Origin: Eledone cirrhosa
Taxonomy: Eukaryota
DNA length: 64,000 nucleotides
Reading direction: 5' to 3'
NCBI GenBank assembly: GCA_964016885.1
Contig: OZ024748.1
Coordinates: 38,316,001-38,380,000 of the forward strand
Shown here: positions 25,373 through 37,369 of the stretch, in pieces
Position numbering within the stretch: the stretch's first letter is position 1
Layout of the letters: each line of letters opens with the position of its first letter
Notes under the pieces: model-generated
Databases searched by the model: none
What the model saw: only the letters and a program-made list of their open reading frames with translations
What the model was told of the DNA's origin: nothing
Made by a program: the position numbers and the translations under genes

Positions 25373-25950
25373 TAAAATAACAGATTAAAGTTTAAGCAAA
25401 GAATCGTTGCTTTCACCCTTGACGGGATCTTCTGAAACTAACAAAGTCAATCTGTAAACGCAGAACTGGATATTTAAAAAAACGTTGCAACTTTGTAGCG
25501 GAGATTCATTTGGTCTCCTAGTTAGAATTTTAGTCTACGATTTCTGCTATACCATTTACGTGGTTTTGTCTTTGCGTGCTATTGTTCTCCACGCTCCACA
25601 TATGACTTATTATCTTCGTTTTTTCGTTCATTGCCAGAGAACGTCTCTATGCACCACCTAAGAGAACATTAGTCTACGACCTCTTTTATACCATAAACGT
25701 GGTTTTGTCTTTGCGCGTAATTGTTTTTCACCGCTCCTATTAATGACGTATTATTCGTGTTTTCCCGTTCTTTGCCAGCGAACGTTACCACGAACCAAAG
25801 TATCGTCTTCCTGTCTTCCTCCGGTTGCAACGTTTTTTGAAATATCCAGTTCTGCGTTTACAGATTGACTTTGTTAGTTTCAGAAGATCCCGTTAAGGGT
25901 GAAAGCAGCGATTCTTTGCTTAAACTTTAATCTGTTATTTTAATAAATAT
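25365..25950. mobile_element. Non-coding foldback element: ~127-bp terminal inverted repeats around a ~138-bp degenerate direct duplication
   Basis: 25365-25491 is the reverse complement of 25824-25950. TAGTCTACGA...TTGCCAG.GAACGT occurs at ~25531 and ~25670. (TA)n abuts the left end and lies ~85 bp beyond the right end. Confidence 0.75.
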
Positions 25951-26036
25951 TTGCTCTACGGTTCTTATATATTTGATATATATTTTCCTTATCGAGCCCT
26001 CTTTGGATTTTAGTCTTCAATTTTATTATTATTACT

Positions 26037-26222
<186 letters not shown>

Positions 26223-26375
26223 CGTATCGAGAGAGAGAGAAAAAAAGAAGGATAGGTGATACATGTAGTAATTTGCCAAATATCGTATGCAGAGGGTGCT
26301 CAATACTATTGCCGGCAGTATTAAGTATTAGAAGTGTTAATATTTAGTGGGCGAGAGAGTTAGCAGAGCGTAAGC

Positions 26376-26678
26376 ACGTGGAAAAGTAAGAAATCGGAGA
26401 ACAGACCGTTAATACATATTTATTTAAAACAGCACCTACGTACGTTTCGTCCGGTTGGGCTTGTCAAAAATAAACATGTATTAACGGTCTGTTCTCGATT
26501 TCTTACTTTTCCACGTATATATATATATGAATGTATATATAGTGTATTTTGCAATACACTGTATGCTTAATTAAAAGTAAGTGAGACTGTCACTACTCTA
26601 AAACAATAGCGTAAGGTCCTCGAAATGATTTTAATTAACTATACAGTGTATTGCAAAATACACTATATATACATTCAT
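26376..26678. repeat. Two adjacent ~50-bp-arm inverted repeats
   Basis: Arms at 26376-26425/26468-26516 and ~26527-26577/26629-26678. Confidence 0.8.
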
Positions 26679-26710
26679 TTATATATCGCTATTTCAGAGC
26701 GCCAATTCTA

Positions 26711-26755
<45 letters not shown>

Positions 26756-26767
26756 TATATATACACA

Positions 26768-26830
<63 letters not shown>

Positions 26831-26873
26831 TATATATATGCAAATACATATATATATGCATATATATATATGC

Positions 26874-26988
<115 letters not shown>

Positions 26989-27000
26989 CATATATATATA

Positions 27001-27050
<50 letters not shown>

Positions 27051-27056
<6 letters not shown>

Positions 27057-27922
27057 GTATGAGAAGCTGTCGTTTATGTGACCTTGAGCTGTTCCACATC
27101 TTGAGTTCGAAGAATAAGTTACTCAACAATAAAATCGAAAGATCAATTTATTGTAACCATAGACTCAAAGAGAAGTTTTCGCACTACACGTGCAAATCGA
27201 ACCCTTAACCTCTTACTACCAACTGACAAACTGCATATACTTAGACTTTATACCCTCTTGTTGTATCTAAACCCTTTTAATTAGCCACAAAAACCAATAC
27301 CTATATACCCCCTTCTTCTTCATTCCTCTTCTATTTCTTCGTTTTCTTCCTTCCTTCCTTCCCTCCCCTTCTTGGCTATCTTTTCTTTTCTTCTTTCTCC
27401 CCCCCCCCCCCTCCTTGCTTTTATTTTTGTCATTATTATCTTTATATTTATTTTTTATATATATATTTATCTCTTTATATCTCCCCCCCCTCTCTCTCTC
27501 TCACTATCCATCCCTCCCACTATGATCAATTTAATTCTCTTTAGCTCACTACATTCCACATGAAGTCTGAATATCAAAACCGCTCAAGGAATCCTTCCAC
27601 CCCTCCCTCCATCTCAGTTTGTCACTCTACTTCCTAACTCCCCCCCCTTCCTCTCTCTCTCTATACTATTCCGTTTGTCCCCTCACCTTCTGATTCCTCT
27701 CTCTCTATACTCGTAAATACAATTCCAAATAAATGTTTTTCTCTATATATTAAGAATTATTTCAAGAGTAACTTATTCACTATTTTGAAAATTTGGACTG
27801 TGAACAACAATTATAATTGAGTGGCTGCTATTTGCAGTATAACAATATAAGGTTGCACTTACCAATGAAACGGTCGTAAATACCTGGATAGAATCCTTCT
27901 GTTAATGCTTACCTGTGTTTTC

Positions 27923-27928
<6 letters not shown>
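27051..27928 (+). mobile_element. Naiad-like PLE 3' fragment
   Basis: 27056-27208 translates [44 protein letters not shown], homologous to the C-terminus of 30331-31401. A pyrimidine-rich UTR and a hammerhead 3' half GAAA-CGGTCG-TA (~27867) follow. (TA)n flanks. Confidence 0.82.
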
Positions 27929-27980
<52 letters not shown>

Positions 27981-28293
27981 TATATATAAACAAAAAGGAC
28001 CGTCCAATATATAAATCTGAACGACGTAGATACACCAGTAAGAAACAATATAATTTATTCATGTCCCTATATGTAAATGATACAATCCTAAATCGAAGCC
28101 GAAAATAAACAATACACCTATTGGATTAGACTATCAAATTCCAGGTGGATCATAATGCACCCCTGAGTACTCGATACTATGGATAGTAGAGTGGGTAATA
28201 GGAAAAGAGTCAGGACCCCGACGGCTGAGCTACGGCCATTTCGACAGCTATCTCTGAACGCGTTAAAAGATAGCTGACTCTTTTCGTATTATA

Positions 28294-28328
<35 letters not shown>

Positions 28329-28382
28329 TGCCAAGACTCGAATTGAACCATCAGCACAGTTGAGGTATGTCAGACATCAATT

Positions 28383-28448
28383 TATTTTATCTGATGAGGA
28401 CGTACTGAGGAAACAGCATAGTACCTCTGAAATATATATAATAAAATA
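28383..28448 (+). ncRNA. Type I hammerhead ribozyme in a ~165-bp solo unit between (TA)n tracts
   Basis: TATTTTAT-CTGATGA-GGACGTACTG..CAGCATAGTACCTCT-GAAA-TATATA-TA-ATAAAATA. Confidence 0.78.
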
Positions 28449-28545
28449 TATTTGATCACATGAATGTCTATATTTATTCATATTTTGAATTAATATATAT
28501 ATATATATAGAAGGATTTAAATGGATACAGTTCAGTAAAAGGAAT

Positions 28546-28666
28546 TTATTGACACGTGTTTCAATAACAGTTATATAACCTGAAAACAGCTGCTATCTAC
28601 AAAGTATTAATTATGCAGACACTCAATATTTCAATGTTATTTTCAACTACCATTTCATCAGAATAA
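28546..28666 (-). ncRNA. Type I hammerhead with long stem II (inverted pLTR copy)
   Basis: Reverse complement of 32316-32436. Confidence 0.78.
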
Positions 28667-29114
28667 TATCATTGAGAACTTGTTTGGTTTTTATAGAGAA
28701 TATTAAGAGGGAGGAGTGAAGTTGTTAGAAGAATAGTTAAGGGAGTGGATAGAAATTTTTGATAGCAGTGGGTAATTAGATTCCCATCTGTTATTTTGTT
28801 AGTTGAGTTTGACATTTTTATAGAATATTCATTATTTGGCGTTGGTTGTATTGGTTATTTTTCTAAATCTATAGAAGGATTAGAGATAGTAAAGATATGC
28901 ATGGTTGGTTTTGTGTTTGCAATTAATTCACATACAGACTTAAATTTTTCTTTCAAGTGTACGTATCCGTTCGCCCACACATAAATATACGTATATATAC
29001 TTATTTTTTCAAAAACATGCACATTCACACACATACATATATGTACACCTCTACAAATACATACACTCACATACACATACTTACATGCTCATACTTACAT
29101 ACATATATACCTGT

Positions 29115-29190
<76 letters not shown>

Positions 29191-29193
<3 letters not shown>

Positions 29194-31401
29194 GCTCCAC
29201 TATGATAGAAGCCGTATGAACTCACCATCAGAAAGTGGTGTAAACAACAAATTTGGTTTTAGAACGTGCAAAAACCCACCCACCAACCCACTATTAGATG
29301 CATTTGAGCAGGACCTTATGGACTTAATCCTTAAAATTAAATTCAAAGGACGTAACACCAACAACAAACTGCAGAAAGATATTAAAAAACTACTGGACGA
29401 CCTTAAAAACACCAAGAGAATTGTAGTAAAAGCGGACAAAACATCTAACCTGTACACTATGGACTGCACTATATATAACAACTTCATTCGAAAGAATTAC
29501 ATAAAAAATATAGAAAAACGAGTGAAGTAACCCTTAAGCACATCAATGATGAGGCATGCGAAATAGTGAAAAATCTCGGAATCGAAGATAGGACAGGACC
29601 ACTCTTACCGGCGGTACCCACCTTCAATCTTAAGGACCATAAGGTAAACTTTGATAATGACTCTAAAATTAGACTAATCTGCCCCTCTAAATCAGATATA
29701 GGTAAAATAAGCAAATATATCTTAGATAGAATCATCCCCAAAATTAAGGCTAAGGTTAACATTAAACTCTGGGGGAAGACCCAAGAAGCAATAAGATGGT
29801 TTAATAGCATTAGCAATAAGAATAAATCTAAGTTTATCTAGTTTGATATCGATGAATATTACTCATCGATATCACTCTGAATAGAGCCCTTGAGTTTGCT
29901 AAGGCTAACTCTGACCTTACAAACGAAGAAATTAAGATTATATTAGAAGCGAGGAAAACTATAGTCAAATTTGAGAACAATTATTGGGTTCGTAAAGATA
30001 GACCCTCCAACCTTGACATAACAATGGGCTCTAACGATTCAGCGCAAATAACTGATATTGTGGGGTTAATTATCGCCTTTAGACTCCAGGAAAAATTCAG
30101 TAATCTCCACGGTGGAATATACCGCGATGATGCTCTCCTCCTAGTTAAAAACCTAAATAACCAAAAACTAGAAAAACTACGCAAAGATATAAGAAAACTA
30201 CTACTTGAAATAGGACTAACTATAACATATGAACACAACCTTAAAGTAGTTAACTTCCTGGATGTCACACTCAATTTAAACTCTGGTCTGATTAGACCGT
30301 TTCATAAATTGAATAAAAAATCTCAAATACGTGAATGTTGGGTCTAACCACCCCATCTCTATAATTAAATCTATCCCTAAAAATATTTCCCTTAGAATCT
30401 CGGGTCTATCTTCTAACATACAAGTATTTAAGGAAAACACCGAGTACTATGATAACGCCCTTAGTAAAGCAGGCTACCTCAACAAAATAGAATATATAGA
30501 TGAAAACAATCAAAACACCCAAAATAAATCCCACATAGGTAGAAATAATAACACAACACCAAACCACACTTACTACCATAGTGTACACACCAATAAACCA
30601 ACAAACAAAACTAATACAAAGCGATGCAAAGAGTACTTATGGTATAACCCTGAATACAATAGTTCCATTAGTACAAATTTATCAGTACTCTTCTTTGAAA
30701 TAGTTAAGAAACATTTTCCTACATCACACAAATACCACAAAATCCTAAACCCTACCACTATAAGACTGTCATACTCTACAGCGTTAAACCTTGAACAACA
30801 CATAAAAACGATTAATACTAGAAGGTTAAACGAAAACACTAAAATCTTAAGTACAAAGATCACAAAAAAAACAGTAGACAATACACTACAGAACATAAAC
30901 AAACCATACCTATGTTCGTTCCCAATACTACTCCAGAGTGAACCTAACTACAAAACCAACGTACACAACTGTAACTGCACCTATCCTGACAATTGCCCCC
31001 TCGGCAATAACTGCCTTGAAAAAAATATCATCTATAAGTGTATCATTGAATCCGGAGGCAACGAGTGGTATCACGTGGGATCAACGGCCACATCGTTTAA
31101 ATCTCGATTATATAGGCATTCTTACTCAATAAAACACCAGAGCCAAAGAAATGTAACAACTTTAGCAGAAAAAGCTTGGACGCTCAGGGATAGCGATCAA
31201 AAGTTTACCGTAAAATGGGAGAAATTAGCTAAAACCCAAAGCTTTTCCAGGAGCCAAAATTTCTGCAAATTATGTAATCTTGAGATTTATTACATAATCA
31301 CACACAAGCAGAAATTGCTTAATAACAGAATTGAACGAACATTATTCTGCCGTCACCGAACTAAAACCCTTTTTTCCCACTACAAGCTGAATATTACATA
31401 A
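29191..31401 (+). pseudogene. PLE polyprotein (N-terminal domain, RT, GIY-YIG) with several frameshifts/stops
   Basis: KFGFRT, VKADKTSNLY, LKDHKVNF, RLICPSKSDIG, MGSNDSAQITDIVG, YRDD, VNFLDV, SNHP, WYNPEY, CNCTYPDNCPLGNNC, CKLCNLE, CRH. Confidence 0.93.
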
Positions 31402-31836
31402 ACGAGGGACATCCTCCCAACTATACAAATCCTCAATCTAGTTAGAAAAATATAAAAACAATCTCTTCTCAACATATATGTGTACTATTAATAACCTTAA
31501 ATTATCACACTAATAAAGGATAAATATGCTGGTGAGAATAGGTGCGAATATGCTATAATGAATGTGTCTAAAAGCGACCATGTGTATGTATATATGTGAA
31601 AATGTATATAAATAAGTAAATAAGTGTGTGAGTGTATATATATATATATATGTTTGATGTGTATAATTAAATGTATGTGTAGTCATGTATATGTGTATTT
31701 ATATATATATATATATATATACATATACACATGGACAAGAGTATGTATGTATATATGTGTGCGTCTATATGTGTGTATATGAAGATAAGTAGAGTATGAA
31801 AGTGTATATACATGAATGCGTATGTATGTACATATA

Positions 31837-31867
<31 letters not shown>

Positions 31868-32315
31868 GTACAGGTATATATGTATGTAAGTATGAGCATG
31901 TAAGTGTGTATGTGAGTGTATGTATTTGTAGAGGTGTACATATATGTATGTGTGTGAATGTGTATGTTTTTTAAAAAATAAGTATATATACGTATATTTA
32001 TGTGTAGGCGAACGGATACGTACACTTGAAAGAAAAATTTAAGTCTGTATGTGAATTAAGTGCAAACACAAAACCAACCATGCATATCTTTACTATCTCT
32101 AATCCTTCTATAGATTTAGAAAAATAACCAATACAACCAACGCCAAATAATGAATATTCTATAAAAATGTCAAACTCAACTAACAAAGTAACAGGTGGGA
32201 ATCTAATTACCCACTGCTATCAAAAATTTCTATCCACTCCCTTAACTATTCTTCTAACAACTTCACTCCTCCCTCTTAATATTCTCTATAAAAACCAAAC
32301 AAGTTCTCAATGATA

Positions 32316-32436
32316 TTATTCTGATGAAATGGTAGTTGAAAATAACATTGAAATATTGAGTGTCTGCATAATTAATACTTTGTAGATAGCAGCTGTTTTC
32401 AGGTTATATAACTGTTATTGAAACACGTGTCAATAA
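32316..32436 (+). ncRNA. Type I hammerhead with ~90-nt stem II
   Basis: TTATT-CTGATGA-AATGGTAGTT...AACTGTTATT-GAAA-CACGTG-TC-AATAA. The stem II base pairs using G-U. Confidence 0.8.
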
Positions 32437-32580
32437 ATTCCTTTTACTGAACTGTATCCATTTAAATCCTTCTATTTTTCTCCGGATTACTTTTGAAACT
32501 ACAACTGGAACCGTCGAGCAAACCCTACGTGAGCTGTCCATCTACTGTGTATAATATTCATATTACAACACTACGGATAA

Positions 32581-32618
<38 letters not shown>

Positions 32619-32715
32619 TTAATATAGATGAGATAAAAATATTAAAACTGTTATACTCTGCTATGTATTGAGTACCTTACTTACTGTGGTTACCTCCGAT
32701 TCAACCCGGAATAAC

Positions 32716-32767
<52 letters not shown>

Positions 32768-32842
32768 TTATATATATATGCATATATATATATCTGTTTT
32801 GCGAGGTCTTTGATATGAAATCGTGTGTCGCAACAAATATTG

Positions 32843-33022
32843 TTATACTTGGGGCGGGTCATATTGTGGTAATAATATTGCCAGAAATAATAACAGAACA
32901 CACTCACTGTTTGGTTGGTTTTCGCTTCTGTATCTTTTATATCAGTTAATTTATTCGGTCCTCAATGTTTACCATTGACTGACCAACGGTCAAAAATACA
33001 GATATAATAAAGTTATAAACAC
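32843..33022 (-). repeat. Third, diverged copy of the PLE terminal segment at 33680-33865 and 7130-7315
   Basis: TATACTTGGGG..GGTCAT..TAATAATATTGCCAGAAATAATAACAGAACACACTCACTG...CAAAAATACAGATATAA. Confidence 0.85.
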
Positions 33023-33585
33023 ATATATGTGTGTGTGTGTCTGTATATGTATGTGTGTGTGTCTATATATGTGTGTGTGTGTGTCTGTATATATATATGT
33101 GTGTGCGTCTGTATATGTATGTGTGTCTGTATATATATGTGTATGAGTCTGTATATGTTTGTGTGTCTGTATATATGTGTGTGTGAGTCTGTATATGTGT
33201 GTGAGTCTGTATATGTGTGTGAGTCTGTATGTGTGTGTGTGTCTGTATGTGTGTGTGTGTCTGTATATATATGTGTGTGAGTCTGTATATGTGTGTGAGT
33301 CTGTATATGTGTGTGAGTCTGTATGTGTGTGTGTGTCTGTATATATATGTGTGTGAGTCTGTATGTGTGTATGTCTGTATATGTATGTGTGTGTGTATGG
33401 CATCGCGTTATATACTGCAGCCGATCTGTCATATGATCAGACGTCAACATTGTAAGACAGGAGAGAAAACTGGGATTGGTGCCGTCTTTACATTTCACAA
33501 TCGATTTACATAGTCGACTTAATGACAGGTTAACACTGATTACAATATAACCTCATTCTACCTATTTCAAACTACCTGAAAACAA

Positions 33586-33671
<86 letters not shown>

Positions 33672-33872
33672 GGGGGGGGTATACTTGGGGAGGGTCATGT
33701 TGTAATAATATTGCCAGAAATAATAACAGAACACACTCACTGTTTGGTTGGTTTTCGCTTCTGTATCTTTCATATCTCCACAGTTAATTCATTCGGTCCT
33801 CAATGTTTACCATTGACTGACCAACGGTCAAAAATACAGATATAATATAGATATAAACACATATATATAGTC

Positions 33873-33916
33873 TAACAAAGTTCTTTCGTTGCACATCTGC
33901 AACATCGTCAGTGGTA
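33873..33916 (-). ncRNA. Minimal type I hammerhead-like motif in PLE 3' region
   Basis: TACCA-CTGACGA-TGTTGCA gatg TGCAAC-GAAA-GAAC-TT-TGTTA on the minus strand, the same sense as the PLE ORF. Confidence 0.62.
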
Positions 33917-33970
33917 CTATTATGTTCCTCCTGTTGTATTGTATATTTACGCCATCTTTATTTAATTTGT

Positions 33971-34001
<31 letters not shown>

Positions 34002-34989
34002 TTTTTGTCTTTTTCTCTGCGTATGCGTTTGCATGTGTGTATAGTGTTTGGTGTGTGTTCGCGTTTGGGTGACTGTGTTTTGGTTATTGTATTCTATCTT
34101 AGTTTACTAGTGTGTGTTTATATGTGTTTGTTGTTATTGTGCTTGTGTATATATTTATTTATTTATTTTTCTTTCTCTTAGGTCAGTATTGTTTGTTTGG
34201 GTGTTGTTATTCCATTCATTTTTTTCTGTTTAGCTTTGGCCTTCTAAGCTCTATCTCGCTTGATTCTCTGATTTGCCTATCTGCTGGGTCATTTCTATGT
34301 TTAGATATTATTTTAATTTCTATGTTGTCTATGTTACTGTCATGTTGTCTGGCGTGTTCGTATAGTACTGGACTGTTTTTTCGTCCTTTTAGTCCTCCTA
34401 GTGTTGATCTATCCTTTCTCCTATGTTGTGAGCTGTCTCGCCTATGTATGTTGTTGTCATGTTTCTGCAAGTACCCTCTGTACATCTTATGCTATAGACC
34501 AAAGGTTCTCAACGGCGGGAATATGCACCCCCTGGGGACGTTTCGGAACTGCAGGGGCGTTTGGGAGCAAGGGGAGTTAGGGGGCGTTTGGAGCTGGGGT
34601 GGGGGCGCTGGAAGGCTTTTTACTTTGGTAAGTTTTATAAGCCATATTTGTATGTTTTTGAGATAGCCAGTGTGAATGCATTTGAATGAGCTTACAGACA
34701 GCATAACTATAGTCTGACCGCAGCTGTAATCAGGTGTGCAGGTGTGTCTAGACATTAACCGGCAATTAAGATCCTAAAAATAGAAAAATCAACAGTCAAC
34801 TGGGTCAAGGACACTTTGAGCGCAGCCAGTTAGACTCTTGTCTTTCCTTCACCGATAACAATGTATTTCATGTCTGAAATTATTGACTCAACCGTAACGA
34901 ATTAACACTATGTAGATCTATTTTATTCCCTATTGTATAAATAATATTACAAATAAGAAAAGAAAAGAAAAAACACAGAAGCGGGTAGC

Positions 34990-35140
34990 ACACACATCTA
35001 GGACCACATACAACACATAAGCAGGTAATGTACACATCTAGGACCACATACAACACACAGACAAGTAATACATACATCTAGGACTACATACAACACATAA
35101 GCAGGTAATACAAACATCTAGGACCACATACAACACACAT
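34990..35140. repeat. ~41-bp minisatellite inside the hAT element
   Basis: CATCTAGGACCACATACAACACA...GTAAT unit, about four copies, where the transposase N-terminus would be. Confidence 0.85.
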
Positions 35141-36146
35141 TGTATCATGTGCTACGGACGACGCAAGAGCAATGGTCGGCCAACATAAGGGCTTCGTCAT
35201 TGTGTCATTCATCGACAACACTTGGCTGCGAAGAAACTCAGCGAGCCGCTGAGCAAGTCCTTTCAAGTGGCCATTGATGTCATCAATTTTATCAAACGGC
35301 ATTCCCTCAATGAACGAATTTTCCAGCAACTGTGCCAAGATAATGACGGGAGAATTCGTTAAGTTGCTCCTTCATACTGAAGTGAGGTGGCTTTCAAAGG
35401 GCAAGTGCCTTACTCACATCTTTGAACTCTTCGACTCTATCATTGAGTTTCTGTGAGTACGCAAAACAGAACTGTACAAGAAAACCCTCGATGTGAGGTA
35501 AGACTGCGCCTACCTCCCCGAAAAATGCAATAGCTTCATTTTGGCTTTGCAGGGGAAGACGATCACCTTGCTTAAAGCAAAGAATGCTGTGAAAACATTC
35601 CTTGCCAAATTGAATGACATAGAAAAGAATCTTTGTTGACGGGAATTCTATAATTTTCCTAGTGTTGCCAATGTTTAAAACATTGTAAGCGATAACCAAC
35701 TCCAAATTTATACCACTCACCTCCGTGCGCTACAAGACAACATGAGAGAACGGTTTGTCGACCTTTTGCCGATGGACATCCCATTGTGGATAGCAGATCC
35801 CTTCATAGCTACCGTCGGTGATTTGGACGTTAAATTTCAGGAAGAATTCATTGAACTTCAAACAGATGACATGATCAAAATTAGATTTTCCAAAATCCTA
35901 TTTTGGATGCAAGAGGAAATTCAGCGTCGATTTCCACACCTACATGCAGAGGCTAAGAGATTTGGTCTGCCTTTTCCAAGCTCATACTTAGTCAAGAGGA
36001 GGTTTGGTGCTGTTTCCAGACTGCACAGTAAGGCTCACAACCGCTACAATGTAATTACACGTGGAGATCTCCGGTTACATCTTACGAAAATCCAGCCTGG
36101 CGTCAAAGAGTTAGCTAGACTCCATGAAGCTCAAGGGTCCCATTGA
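35141..36146 (+). pseudogene. hAT transposase C-terminal remnant (ZBED5/SCAND3-like)
   Basis: CATDDARAMVG, HCVIHRQHL, LLLHTEVRWLSKG, LPFPSSYLV..F, GDLRLHLT...QGSH, with stops and frameshifts. Confidence 0.9.
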
Positions 36147-37184
36147 AATAAGGTCAAAGTTAAAGTAAGTTGATTTATCCGAAAACTTGGATATGCTATT
36201 GTTACAAAGCAAACTAACAATTTTTTTATTTCTACTTGCGGTCTGACTGGACTGGAAACCATCTACTTCAATTCACTTACTCATTTGTTGTATATATTTT
36301 ACCATTTACTAATAAATATACCCTCTTACGTGGTTATGAAAACCCTCTTCCGTGGTCTCTAAGCTCACAAAGCGGGGAGAGACATCAAGTTAGATATCAA
36401 TATTTATTCTGTCCGTTTCATTAAAGGGAACATTGGAAAGCTTTGAAATGATATAATTGCCACTTTCTTCCACACTTGAGTTGCTCTTGTATAAATGTTC
36501 AAAATAGCTGCTATCGCCTGGTGGGAATATAACAAATTCAACTGGACGTTATTCATAAAAAAGAACATTTATGTTCCTTTTTTTTTAAATTATATATTTC
36601 CTTTCAAGGAATGTATTTATACTCTCAGCTGCCTGCAATGGTATCTTTGGAATATTGTTAATCAATTTTTTAGTAATCTACTGATATCAAAATCAGTAGT
36701 ATATTGAAAAATGGAAAAATTGGGTAGGGGGACGTTTCGTGATTTCGAGGGACAAAAAGGGGCGTTTGGCCTAAATGGGTTGAGAACCTGTGCTATAGAC
36801 TACGTTTCTAGTTTTACAGTTTATCCGGGCGTTTACTTTACATATAATACATTTCCTTTTAGTACAGTGGGTTTTCTTAAACGGGTATGTTTTGGTGATC
36901 AGGGATTGTATGGTAGTTCCTGGCTTTTCTACCACTTTAATCTTTAAGTGCGTCTTTCTCAGGGCCTTTCTAAACTGGTTACCTAATTTCCCTCCAGGGG
37001 TAGCGTCCACGAACATGACACTCTGGTATCTCTGGTTGTCGTACTATGAGGTGGCTTTCCCTATCATATGTCTAGTCCTATCTAAGCTATTCCATGATTT
37101 GGTCCTGTATAATGGGCAAATTCCTTTCATGTCCAGTTCTATGAGGGTCTTATACTTCTCCATGGCTCCTTCGTATACTCTGAT

Positions 37185-37305
<121 letters not shown>

Positions 37306-37326
37306 ATACAATAAAACTCACCTCCT

Positions 37327-37364
<38 letters not shown>

Positions 37365-37369
<5 letters not shown>

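Larger units (their letters stand above)
28508..32585 (+). mobile_element. Naiad-like PLE, near full-length, with ~610-bp inverted pLTR
   Basis: 28508-29120 is the reverse complement of ~31862-32474. ORF remnants lie at 29191-31401. A ~110-bp tail follows, then (TA)n. Confidence 0.93.
34500..36792 (+). mobile_element. hAT (Charlie/Buster-type) DNA transposon, defective
   Basis: TIRs CAAAGGTTCTCAAC and CACAGGTTCTCAAC (13/14 identical). Perfect 8-bp TSD CTATAGAC at 34492-34499 and 36793-36800. Confidence 0.95.
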
